Assembly: GCA_965235115.1 (NCBI GenBank)
Contig: OZ249439.1
Coordinates: 11,160,001-11,224,000 of the forward strand
Length of the DNA: 64,000 nt
DNA from: Laetmonice hystrix
Lineage: Eukaryota
Direction: 5' to 3'
Shown here piece by piece: positions 50,488 to 63,056 of the stretch (positions within the stretch are counted from its first letter, which is position 1; each line of letters starts with the position of its first letter). The position numbers and the translations under genes are program-made. Under the pieces are notes generated by a model that did no database searches, was not told the origin of the DNA, and saw only the letters and a list, made by a program, of their open reading frames with translations.

Positions 50488-52253
50488 CTGATCCCATAAG
50501 ATCATATAACGACCTCATTGGCCCAGTTGGGGCAAATGTCATCGGGTTTAGAAAAAAGTGTTTGTGATTCAGGGGTTCACACAACTACTGGCCACCGTCC
50601 CATCTTTGGGTGGGAATAAAGCCCGATAAGACCTACAGTAAATCGTTTATGTCCGATTCTGTTTTGAAAACGCGGAAACATATTGCTGGCCAAACATGAA
50701 AACATGACTCGAATGTGGACAAATGATGACGGTGTTCTCGGAAACCCGAGTCGAGCACGCCGCCGAGCACCTGTACGAACGCGTGTTGTTGACAGCGTCT
50801 GTCTGTTTGTCCTAACCAGGTGATCCCAGCAGTCCGACCCCCAGCACAGGGTCACCGACAATTGACAAACAATGGAGTGAGGTTAGACCCGAGTCGGCCG
50901 CTCTGACATCAGAACAAATGTCGATTTTTGATTTCATAGTTACCCATTAATGGTTTTTATCCTGATGTGCAAGATTCTGTCATTGAAACCTACATTCGCC
51001 ATGCGGCCCGCTGCCCTTGGCTTGAGGTCACCTCGGCGTGACCTGCTCTAGGTACTAGGAAGTAGATGTATATGAAGGGTAATTTCCAGAGTAGGGGGTA
51101 TCGTGATGAGAGGGTGGGGCAGCGTTATATACAAATGAGCCACCACCCACTGCAGACAAACACATGAGGTGTAGACGCCCACGCTGGATTTAATAAAACG
51201 TGATACAACTCGTTGTTCGCATGGAACCCTTCTTTTGTCACGTGACAGGCGTGGTTTCCGGTCTGTTGGTGCCATGTTAACGTCACGGGCCATGACGTCA
51301 CGAGTCCTGCAGTGGTCAGGCACGCTGTCCCTTAACGTGACAGGTCGTGTTGACGTTACTGGAAGGACAGTTTAAGAATAGTGTTATCAAGATGTTGTTA
51401 CCTGGAGCACACTCAGCAGGACTGGACTGGGAATAGTCAGGGATTTCCTGTCGTCGTGACAGCCACGGGCTGACGTTTGACGTCACAGCACGTAGAGTGA
51501 CCGGCTTGACGGAGTGGGCGTGTGTTCAGGACAATTACTGACCCAGAGCAAGTCAGGACCACCGCCACCACCGCCGCCACCTCCATTAGGGGTGGGTCGT
51601 GACTCCACAGGTGGGTAGTTTGGAGATGGGCGCGGAATGGGTTGGTCTGTGGATACCGTGTCTGCGACAACACGCCCACCCCGGCACGATGGCCAGGTAA
51701 TGTACATTTGTGAATGGATTTCGTTTTACGATTGTAAAGTGGGAGAGACCGACGAGAAAGGTTCTCTCCTCTGATCAGCCTCGATCTGGATGTGAGAGCT
51801 GACGTTAATGTTATCAGATCTTTATGACTTAAAACTCCAATATATACAATGGCAGCTATTGTGCTGACCTTAAACTGGGTCGGACACATGTGCCGGTAAC
51901 TTCAAACACTGGCAATGTCATTTCTAGGAAGGGTTGGTCTGTCAGCAGCTGCTTTATCAGTTATAAAACTGAACAGGTAGAGACGATGACACGGATGGCA
52001 GGATTGAGGTAGACGGAGAGCAGATCCTATCAGGGTGATGAGAGATAAAGCGTGATCGGTTTCTATGGGGACGGGAGGGAGAGGGTACGGCTAGTTCACG
52101 ATGTCTCTGTTGTCAGAAAAAAGTGAATTAAAAACAAATCGGTGCATGAAACCTGAAGACACCAATGTCTTACTTTGGGCGTGCCAGGGTGCTGTTTTTA
52201 TAAATGATTTTTATTTGGAAATCACGAAATTCAGTCAATATAATGAGGAATTG

Positions 52254-52520
52254 CTACAAAGGATAATACTGAAAACAAACGAAGACTGCAGACGGTAAGG
52301 CTCGGACATTGCCTGACGGCGACAATGTCAGGTATGCCAGGCCCGCCACTTGTATATCCCTTATATCATTCCAAGAACGCAATCTCTCCCATTCACTTCT
52401 CTTCGCCACACTTTGCCGCGTTAACTCCCCAAGCATCCAGGATATTTCAACTTCTCAGTCCGCTCCAAGGGTTGTCCATGGCTGCAAGGGTCGGACATTC
52501 CAGGCAAAGAGCAAGCGGCT
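52254..52520 (-). mobile_element. Decayed non-LTR retrotransposon fragment (APE endonuclease N-terminus, RTE-like)
   Basis: One frame with an internal TGA: LFAWNVRPL...AD*EVEISWMLGELTRQSVAKRSEWERLR...AGLAYLTLSPSG. This resembles the RTE pattern tWNVRTL...ELARYnidiaalSETRL...GYTFFWSG. Matched by eye only. Confidence 0.4.
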
Positions 52521-53189
52521 TTCCGCTCGATGCATTACCAGCATTACAAGGAGTACAGTTAGGATGAACAGTGGTAGAAAATTATTGTTAGCGTCACCAC
52601 TTGTTACTGTGAGCGATTTCTGCAGGCTCTGAGTCACATGTCTTTCACAGAAGGTAGCGGTGTTCATTACAAACTCTTTTTCCAACGAAGAGAAAATGTG
52701 GGTTACGTCAGTAGAGCGGAAATGAATGGATGTTTAGCTTTCGCATGAGATTTCATAGTCTTGTTGCTATTCCTTTGATCCGTGTGATAATGAGACACAA
52801 GGAACTCTTCTTGTTGACTTCAAACACAGGTAGCAATACAGCTAGAGGACGTCAATATTGAACCACATCGGGACTACATGTTTTGTTCATGAAAGAGTTA
52901 CATCGCAGCCATTCTTGTGTCGTTCGTCCTTTATAAGTTCCGCATTGCTGCATGCACGTTGAAAAGATCCTTTGATCCACACATTGAAGGGAATGGCGCA
53001 ATGGATCTACGCATTGGAAATCACCAAATAGCTTCACTAGTTGGAATGTTATAGGACATCGCATGCGTATTTCAGCAAAATGGATGTACATGTACACATT
53101 AAAAAGCATGGAAGTTACACATTGGAACCTGATGGACAGTGTATCTTGATATTTAAAGTTATGGACTTGTCAATCGGTAAAATTTTGAC

Positions 53190-53870
53190 ATGGATTCACG
53201 CCCTGGGAGCTATGGGACAGTGGATCCACGCCCTGGGAGTTATGGGAACAGTGGATCCACGCCCTGGGGGTTATGGGACAGTGGATCTACGCCCGGGGAG
53301 TTATGGGAACAGTGGATCCACGCCCTGGGGGTTATGGGACAGTGGATCTACGCCCGGGGAGTTATGGGACGGTGGATCTACGCCCCGAGAGCTATGGAAA
53401 CAGTGGATCCACGCCCTGAGAACTATGGTACAGTCAATCTACGCCTTGAGAAGTATAGGGTATACGAGAGCTCTGGGATAGTGGATCCACACCCTGAGAG
53501 TATACAAGTATAGGATACGAGAGCTATGGGATAGTGGATCCACGCCCTGAGAAGTACAAGTATAGGATACGAGAGCTATGGGATAGTGGATCCACGCCCT
53601 GAGAGTATACAAGTATAGGATACGAGAGCTATGGGATAGTGGATCCACGCCCTGAGAAGTACAAGTATAGGATACGAGAGCTATGGGACAGTGGATCCAC
53701 GCCCTGAGAAGTACAAGTATAGGATACGAGAGCTATGGGACAGTGGATCCACGCCCTGAGAACTATGGTACAGTCAATCTACGCCTTGAGAAGTATAGAG
53801 TATACGAGAGCTCTGGGGTAGTGGATCCACGCAATGAGAACTCTAGGATGGTGGATCTTCGCAATGAGAA
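53190..53870. repeat. Compound minisatellite on a gtggatccacgccc core (30/31-bp units changing to ~54-bp units)
   Basis: Direct reading. A ~90-bp segment at ~53401 recurs at ~53748 and brackets the longer-unit block. Confidence 0.93.
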
Positions 53871-56602
53871 GTCCAGTGTATCTGGATAGTCAGACCGGGT
53901 CAATATGAACATTGAGGGGACATTGAGTGGTCGAGTGGCGGGGTTCCTATAACACGTCGACCGGGACGTGACACCTCATTGTGCGTGCTCCCACTCACCT
54001 AACACAACGTGTCAAAGTACGATTGATCCGCAAGCTGTCGCCCAGACAAAGATCAACGGGTGCTCCCACCATGCGCTCCCTCACTCGGCACGCTTTGATG
54101 CCAATGCTGGGCTAACGCTTTTCAATATATGTTGTGCAAACTTTTGTGAGAATGCCACATCGGACCCAATGATAAGCTGGTCTGCTTTTCTGTACAGGGA
54201 CCTGAACGCAGGATGCGGCATACTTCAGGGAACAGTTTATCACAGGTTGAACACTTCACGGTACAATCCATTGACACCCCAGTGTATGACACATTTTACA
54301 CACGAGAAATAAGCCTGACATTTTACAGTTCCCACCTATGATGAATTAGTAATACTGGAGTACTTTTCTGACTTCCGGTAGTATATTGAGGTCACGGTCA
54401 TTTCAGTTGTTTCATTTCAAAACCAAGACGACGTCTAACGTGATTCTGTTAAAGGGTTGCTATGGCGGAAAGGGTTGCTATGGGGGAAGTTAATAGGTTA
54501 AAACTAATAAACCGTCAAGTTACATCAATCACCTGAAAACCCATTGACTTTTCCGCACAATTTACCCCTTAATGTCCGATTTCCTTAATCGTATAAATAA
54601 TGAGAGCTGCATATATACGGGATTCAATTTTATATAACCTCGGGCAAACAAACTTTGAATGGGTTGATGTCTCATGCCGAACGCTTGTGTTGGGAGTTGC
54701 TGTACTGGCGTTAGTGGCGCAGAAAGGATGTGGTCGTTTTACGGCCAAGGTTAACCAAGGTCAGGTCGGTGGGATTAGGCCTCTGTGTACGGACATACCA
54801 TTAAACGGTAATTATCACTGCCGTACGGGATCATATTACCCCAATCTGACGGACTGGTAGCACCTGGAGTATCGGAACGCCGTGTTTAACCTGCAGGGGG
54901 TATGGCGTCCCGATGGCGTCTCGATGGCGACCTGACAGGGACAACGGTTCCAAGGCTGCGTGAGCTCCTCCGAACTCTGATCGAGTATCTGTGGGATTGC
55001 TATAGCCAAGGTCATGGGCTGGGGGAACCACCGTGCCATCTAGTCACAGGTACATATGTGGAGAAAATAAATAAATGAATAAATAAATGTGAAGATGTCT
55101 GATGGCAGTTGACCTTGAGACACTGTTGGTGGTGGGGTGATGCACGAGTCTTGGCGGAGACAGTGATATGTCGATTCGGGACTTTGTCTACTGTTACTCG
55201 GACAGCGTTCATTGTGAGCTAGCCTATAATAGATTGCTGGGGAGCTCACTGGGTTCATAGGTAAGGAGGTTGTAAGGCCCGCTATGTTACCTAGGGCGAC
55301 AACTCGGGTCATTGTCATGACCTTACGGTACGGTGAACCTGCCCCCAGGGGGAGACACTGGGCAGGGGGCCTACTCTGGGGACCGTCTCAATACGGAGGT
55401 ACCGTCTGAACATGTTGTTAACGTTGGTGGGCCTTGTCCTGGTCCAACGTGGGAACTTACGGGAAACATGGCGACGGTTCCTGTGGGTAGGATGCGTGGT
55501 CAAGATGCATGTCATGTCTGAACTGTCCCCTGGTGTGTTTTGTTTCAACTCATGGTGCCCACGTAGAATAAAATCGCTGACGCAGGTGTTGTCGGTTATA
55601 GGAGAACCAATGAGTACCGGACTGACCTGTTAATTCGGTCATTGGTTGGATGACAGAGCGGTCGCATGGACCCAGGCTCAGGTTTTGGCGGACGAAGAAG
55701 TTGCATGATGAACAACAGTCGAGTGGACAGTCAAAGACCGTTTGCCCTCAAGCCTTTATGTATAACGTCACGCGATGTTATACAAATATAACTCTAATAC
55801 ATCCCATCGCTGGGATGGATTGAGAATCTCGCCATGAGGTCACGTGGCGTGGGTTTCACGTGAATACAACAGCGGGTCAAACTCAGCACGTTGTACCCCT
55901 TACACACGCCGTCACTTGGAGAACTTGACTAGTGTTTACAGGCTGTGTCAGTGTCTTCCTTAATGTATATTTTGTAGGTTATGTGAGAAAGTCCATAAAT
56001 AGATTCTCTCCTTTCTCTTGCTCATGAAATGAACCTCTACGACTAATTTCCCCATTAACTGTGTGGTGTCAATGCCAGGGTCCATGTTGGAAAGATTTAA
56101 ACTGTAAATCTGCATCACAAGGCAGCTAGGTGTTTGATGTTTGATGGTGAGCGTTTTAAATCGGCTTTGACTTACATAACCTTTGTAGGACCATCACTGG
56201 GTTAGGGTGGGGGTAACACCAAACGGACCCCATATCAAACTGAAGGGTGCCACTAGGGCAACGGACGACATCAAAGTCTTGACGGCACTGAATGTCATGT
56301 TGTTCCTGCGCCATGGAACAGGTGACGAAGGCCTTTGTGGGCACCAGGCATTAGTTGGGATCGTATGAATTCATTACGTACGTCTGAGCTGGGCACCATC
56401 TACAGACTGCCACCAGGTTGTAGGACAATGTGGATTTACTGGTGTCTGTAGGCGATTGTTTGGCGAGGATAATAAAAGTATATTCATGAGCCTTGTCGGG
56501 ATACGCTGACCCAACGACCCAACAATCTTTCCATGATTAACTTCTAATGTATAACTCCTCCATGAGGCTGATATAGTACGATGGCCGGAGAGAGTACGAG
56601 GT

Positions 56603-57135
56603 ACATATCCAGCAGTAACTTGTGGTTAATATCCAGTACCCTAAGGCTGATATCCAGCAGTAACTTGTGGTTGATATCCAGTATCACAAGGTTGATATCC
56701 AGCAGTAACTTGGGGTTGATATCCAGTACCCTAAGGTTGATATCCAGCAGTAACTTGTGGTTGATATCCAGTATCCTAAGGGTGATATCCAGCAGTAACT
56801 TGTGGTTGATATCCAGTATCACGAGGTTGATATCCAGCAGTAACTTGGGGTTGATATCCGGTATCCTAAGGTTGATATCCAGCAGTAACTTGTGGTTGAT
56901 ATCCAGTATCCTAAGGGTGATATATCCTAAGGTTGATATCCAGCAGTAACTTGTGGTTAATATCCAGTATCATAAGGTTGTTATCCAGCAGTAACTTGTG
57001 CTTGATATCCAGTACCCTAAGGTTGTTATCCAGCAGTAACTTGTGGTTGATATCCAGTATCCTAAGGGTGATATATCCTAAGGTTGATATCCAGCAGTAA
57101 CTTGAGGTTGATGTCTAGCAGTAATCTGGGGTTGG
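56603..57135. repeat. 45-bp minisatellite (24+21-bp gatatccag dimer) ending ~35 nt before an INF2 exon
   Basis: Unit gatatccagcagtaacttgtggtt-gatatccagtatcctaaggtt; 15-aa periodic ORF. Confidence 0.96.
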
Positions 57136-57168
57136 CATACATTAAGAGGTGTGATTGTGTGGTTGCAG

Positions 57169-57328
57169 GAGGCCAAGAAATGCCGGTACCGGTTCAGCCT
57201 CCTGTTGGACGAACTGCGGGCCGCCGAGACGTCCACATACAAGACGACCCTGCTCGCCTTCATCAACTGTATTATCATCTCCACCGAGAAAATCGACGAG
57301 AGACACCGCATCAGGAACGAGTTTATAG
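57169..57328 (+). CDS. INF2: INF2-like exon (DID; equivalent to vertebrate exon 4, 160 nt)
   Basis: EAKKCRYRFSLLLDELRAAETSTYKTTLLAFINCIIISTEKIDERHRIRNEFI(G). ttgcag acceptor and TAG|GTACGT donor, phase 0-1. It keeps the YRF, (D/N)EL and RxxxRNEF motifs of INF2. Confidence 0.96.
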
Positions 57329-57339
57329 GTACGTACTAC

Positions 57340-57410
57340 GGCTCCACTCTGGGCTCCACTCTGGGCTCCACTCTGGGCTCCACTCTGGGCTCCACTCTGG
57401 GCTCCACTAT
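57340..57410. repeat. 12-bp repeat (ggctccactctg), ~6 copies, just after the INF2 donor
   Basis: Direct reading. Confidence 0.95.
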
Positions 57411-60400
57411 GTGCTTCACTTAGAGCTCCATTTCTCTCTTTAAGGGAGGGTAATGTGCAGAGTGTGGAAGGTAAGGGTGGCTATATGATACACTATAGGG
57501 CCACCTATAACGGTAACAAGCCTAGCGTGTCCCGCACAGCCTGAGATCGTTTATTACAGAATTCCCATGATTATGATTACAGGATAGCTCAAGGGCGCTA
57601 GAGACGTCGTAATGCCTTTCAGGCGAGGCAAGGTTCAGACATTACGTTGATGGGGTGCGTTTAGCCCCCACCTGTGTTTGCCCCCCTTAACGTACGATCC
57701 TTTCATGTGGTACGCACTCAGTGTATCATCCTGACACCTCTACCAACAACAAATTTACACTGGGCCTGCCGCTGCCTTGGTATGCCAACTATACGGCCAC
57801 CATCATAGCGGGGCCAGACCACATGCTGCCTTAACGGATTTCTTAAATGTACCTGCCATAGAACTTGGAACGTGAATGAGCATTATAGAGTCCTGCCAGA
57901 AATGTATGATAAAAGTACGGAGGGACTTGGTGACACAGACCAATGCACTAACTCCTCTCTCCAAGGGGTGGATATAAAAATATTATAATATTAAAACAAA
58001 AGGTAGAATTAAATCTCTGCTGCTCGTAATCAGGATCATGTATCAAATAAATCCAAAGGCATGGGAAGGTCATGATATGTCAATTTGACACCTTGTGTTA
58101 TGCCATTAAGTTTGGAATAATCCCTGTTTATGAAGGAAAGGTCAGAAGTAATGGGGTCGTGGAATATTGACCACGACTGGCTGCAGAAAAGTCAGCTTGG
58201 TTCCGACGTAACAGTTCTATTGAAATGTCATTCACGCTGGAGGTCTCAGTCGGATTAATATCTGAGCTGAGATAATAAACCTTTCCTGTGACTTCTTGAC
58301 ACTGTGATCCAGTGGGTGGATCTAAGTACACCTTGGTGTAAAGCGATAAATCATGCTAAAAGGCGTAGGGACACTGAAGTCACATTTCTGATGATTTGAA
58401 TAAGGTAGAAAGCAAGCAGCGCCTTAACAATGCGTGGTTCAAGGAGTGGCAGTCCTCTTCTTCTGTACAACCGTTGGTACTACATGACCCGGGTAACTTG
58501 ATGGTAGAAACAGAACATCATCCTCTCAGTGCAGTACGGAAGCCACCAGAGAGAGCCAGAAAAGAGCCAGAAATACTCGTTAGAGAGCGCACGAGTAACG
58601 ACTCCCATCCAGGATGTTAAAGCCTCCAGCAGACCAGGCGGATTCACAGCTCAGTGGAGCTGTCTTTGAGTCAGGGCGCCTGATTCCTCGATCCTGTTCT
58701 CTACCTCAGGTCACCGAGTTTCTCCACTGCTGGCCATTGGTAAACGTTTGTAAACGGTAGTACTTGATCAGAATAGTAAACATCTGCTTTATACACTAAA
58801 CGTGTAGAGATGTGGCACCGGCTGAGCCATTCACCACTGTGAAAGGGGTTAACGAGTTCACCCCCTCCAATGGGATAATAGAATTAAGTGGCTGATCGTC
58901 TCCGATCCTTTCTCTCCCAATGGCCGGCCGTTCTCACGGAGGGCGTACTATTTACCCATGGATTGGTCAGGCGTGAATATCAATACATCGTGTCCGTTTA
59001 TTTTGTCACAGCTCAGTCCAGACAGATGATTCCGACACACCTGTTCGGTGCTCAGTGAACGAAAAAATTAATGTAATCCTCAGTGAAAAACACAGGGGAA
59101 ACGCTTCGCCATCACCCGAGTCACTACCACACCCCTGCTTACGTCACAACTACGTCAGATTGTGTAAACGCCCTTCCCGACATGCAGTTCGGTCACTAAA
59201 TCTCGAGTCTCACTGCATGCAACCAGGCCAACTCTCGACTGGCATTCAAAACAGAAAGAAGTTAATAATTAACAAAGTATAGCATCTGACTATTAATTAA
59301 ACTTGGCGTAGCGTGCGTGGCACAAGGACGGCGTGCAGCTGTGACAATTAACATGTGCTAGTCCTACTGGTCATGAGCTCAAAACGACTTGATTTATTTG
59401 TTTGAACGTTGAATCATTCAGGCTATATACCAGTTACTGCCTGGATTTAGAATAGGTCCTTTTATACCGAAGCATAATTACATTGCAATGTTTTACTAAG
59501 GCACTTATTTTAATTACCTGAGTGGCCTTGACTGAGCGCCAGCTTAGAATAGATTACTGCACCCAACCGCTTGCCATACCGTGAATGACACGGGGAAGGA
59601 TGTCCACCGCATCATCCAAATACTGTAGGCGCCGTCAGCCGAGGGCAGATCGTTTATCTGCGCACCTGGCCGCCTCTTACCGCATCATCGCTGTGCCAAG
59701 TACGATTGGGTGCAGGAAGAATATAGGTCGGAGCATTCTGTGCTTAATTAAGGTAATAATAGGTCTACTATTAAAACCGGACAGGTTTTCTGAAGAGGGA
59801 CGAGAGGAACGGACACCACGCGGTCGCCTAATCCCAAGAGTTCCTGAGTTATCTTCCACACGCCTAGGGTACCAGACGGACTGGCCATTACCAAGAGGGC
59901 ATGCCTTAATTAATCATTAACGCCTAGCCACATGTTAGCTGATCAGCTCTCGTTTACTTATGCACCCCAGGCCCCGGTTTTTAGTTCGTCTTGTATTTTG
60001 GTCTCTCATTGGACTTCATTTGAAGGACCAATCAGAAGCTCCGAAACAAGAGTTCAGTCTTAAGATTTGAATCTTAAGACTCGGTTTGCAAACTAATAAG
60101 CAGGGCCTGTAGTTGTGTGTCCGTTGAGAACTCGGGAGCCTACTCCGACATTTGCTTGTCCAAGGAGTTTGAGATGTGAAGGGATCAGTGATGTGTGCCA
60201 CTCGCGAGGCCACCTCTCCGTCCGTCATACCGCCGGTGGGCAGGCAGTGGGCAGCAGACCTCGTCACCAGCAAACCATTGCCAGAACACGCTATTGTCTC
60301 TTTAGAGTGTTTGCGCAATTGTTCGCCAACAGCAGTGGTTGATAAGTGACACTTGGCTGGGTTCCACCACTGCGGTCGGTGCCTTGTTGTAGCCGACAAC

Positions 60401-60661
60401 TGGATGTTTCGTCGTGAGTGTTTGTCTGTCACAGCCAACTGATACTGACAGTTAGAAACCCTGGCTAAAGGTCGTAGGGACTCAATATCACCTCTGGTAC
60501 ACTGTGGGGGTTACACTGGGCTCAGTGACTAACTATGGAGTTGATGTCGGCCCAGGTCCAGCCCCTGGTTCAGCGTCAGTTCGACATGAGGCATCGGTGG
60601 GTCGATACTGGGCCAGATTCAGTGTTTACGGGGACCAGCACCTGTATCAATGTGTGGCATC

Positions 60662-60995
60662 ACACCAGCCCAGGCCCAGTGTCAGTGTTTGGGTCGACAC
60701 TAGCCCAGTGTCAGTGTTTGGGTCGACACTAGCCCAGGCCCAGTGTCAGTGTTTGGGTCGACACTAGCCCAGGTTCAGTGTCAGTGTTTGGGTCGACACT
60801 AGCCCAGGTTCAGTGTCAGTGTTTGGGTCGACACTAGCCCAGGCCCAGTGTCAGTGTTTGGGCCGACACCAGCCCAGGCCCAGTGTCAGTGTTTGGGCCG
60901 ACACCAGCCCAGGCCCAGTGTCAGTGTTTGGGTCGACACTAGCCCAGGCCCAGTGTCAGTGTTTGGGCCGACACCAGCCCAGGCCCAGTGTCAGT
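60662..60995. repeat. 35-bp minisatellite, ~9-10 copies
   Basis: Unit tagcccaggcccagtgtcagtgtttgggtcgacac. Confidence 0.95.
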
Positions 60996-61171
60996 GTTCA
61001 GTGCTCAGGCTCAGTCCTGTGGCTCAGTGTCGTTGACCCCGCCCAAGCAGTTTGACATGCGATGGTGGTTAACACGGAGAGTTTTGTTATTGGGCCCAGA
61101 CGACCACCTACAAAAACCCTGCACACATAAAAAGTCAGGTGGTGGCGCGTCAACAGACGGTTTCACGTGCG

Positions 61172-61540
61172 GGCATGCCCTGGTGTGTGCGATAGGAACA
61201 TGCCCTGGTGTGTGCGATAGGAACATGCCCTGGTGTGTGCCATACGAACATGCCCTGGTGTGTGCGATACGAACATGTCCTGGTGTGTGCGATACGAACA
61301 TGCCCTGGTGTGTGCCATACGAACATGTCCTGGTGTGTGCGATACGAACATGCCCTGGTGTGTGCCATACGAACATGCCCTGGTGTGTGCGATACGAACA
61401 TGTCCTGGTGTGTGCGATACGAACATGCCCTGGTGTGTGCCATACGAACATTCCCTGGTGTGCCATAGGAACATGCCCCGGTGTGTGCCATACGAACATG
61501 CCCCGGTGTGTGCCATACGAACATGCCCCAGTGTGTGCGA
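61172..61540. repeat. 25-bp minisatellite, ~15 copies
   Basis: Unit catgccctggtgtgtgcgatacgaa. Confidence 0.95.
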
Positions 61541-61609
61541 TCGAGGTGGGTCTGCTGGGATCAGCCTCAGAAGGCCTGTGTATACAGTGATGGGTCTACC
61601 AACTCAGAC

Positions 61610-62170
61610 AACGGTTAACGGGACAAACAACCCCTCCGATAGGTGAGGGTTAACGGGATAAACAACCCCTCCGATAGGTGAGGGTTAACGGGATAAACAA
61701 CCCCTCCGATAGGTGAGGGTTAACGGGGAAAACAACCCCCTCCGATAGGTGAGGGTTAACGGGGAAAACAACCCCCTCCGATAGGTGAGGGTTAACGGGG
61801 AAAACAACCCCCTCCGATAGGTGAGGGTTAACGGGGAAAACAACCCCCTCCGATAGGTGAGGGTTAACGGGATAAACAACCCCCTCCGATAGGTGAGGGT
61901 TAACGGGATAAACAACCCCCTCCGATAGGTGAGGGTTAACGGGGAGAAACAACCCCCTCCGATAGGTGAGGGTTAACGGGGAAAACAACCCCCTCCGATA
62001 GGTGAGGGTTAACGGGGAAAACAACCCCCTCCGATAGGTGAGGGTTAACGGGATAAACAACCCCCTCCGATAGGTGAGGGTTAACGGGGAAAACAATCCA
62101 TCCGATAACCCCTTCAAACAGGTGAGGGTTAATGGGACAAACACTCACTTCCGACAGGTGAGGGTTAACA
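61610..62170. repeat. 35-37-bp minisatellite, ~15 copies
   Basis: Unit ggtgagggttaacggg(a/g)(t/a)aaacaacccc(c)tccgata. Confidence 0.96.
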
Positions 62171-63056
62171 CGCAGAACATCCCCTTCCATGTGCCGAGGG
62201 TTCCAGGCCTTACCCTACCCCCGCCGAGAACCCCTACAGAAAGCCATAACAAGGCCATAAAAATGGCCGGCCACCTTGAATGACTTAATTTATGCTCCAG
62301 GCAGGTTGTTGGAATCAAGCCTGAATCAACTGGTCCCGATGAAGCTCAGGCTATCCTGGTTACGTCATCAGATAGAGATAGCACCCCGCCCTGAGGGTGG
62401 TCATTCGGTTGAACTTTCCTGATGTCCACTTCACATAGTGAGTGGGCGGTATAAAGTGAGACTGACCACCGCCCGTGACCCCAGGGGGAGCGACGCCCAC
62501 CTCTTGACCTCTGTCCATTGTGTGGGGAACGCCACGCGGGGAAATGTTTGCGGGGTGTCAATCATTACCCCACAATGAGGGGGTACCCACCATGTCGGTG
62601 ATTCCATTGTCCGTGCCCGGCGCCCTCGTCTCCGGGTGGGTCGGGCCGGCCGGTATCCCCGTCGCGATCGGCGGCCGGCAGCCGGCCTGGAGGTGAGGGT
62701 TGTGGGCGCGGGAGGCGGAGAAGGATGAGAGACTCGGACTGAGAATGTTATCTGGAATCAGTGATCGATTCAACCGTCTGGGAACAGGTTGGGTCAGTGT
62801 TGAATGTTAGTCATACCTGTAAGAACCGCAGGTAGACAGGTGAGTAATTAGGAATAAAAACCGGGCAAGGTGTGCGACTTGACATCGGAATGGGATAATT
62901 GAGATGTATCGGAGGAAACGCAAGGCTGTAACCAAATGGTATATAGTAGGCCTACTTGTAGTACGTGTCACATCACCCACTTCGTCCAGTTTAATATAAT
63001 AGACCGATTTTATTTGCTACTGGTTATATTTCAGCTGGGTCTCAGTCACATAAGTG

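Noticed and set aside
52437-52457. In-frame TGA as selenocysteine
   Set aside because: There is no selenoprotein motif or SECIS evidence; a decayed retroelement explains it better.
58710-58739. 30-nt AG/GT-bounded segment (also ~62301-62332) as INF2 exon 5
   Set aside because: Length, phase and peptide (GHRVSPLLAI) do not match the expected 34-nt GLxLLDxLxxLR exon, which probably lies beyond the window.
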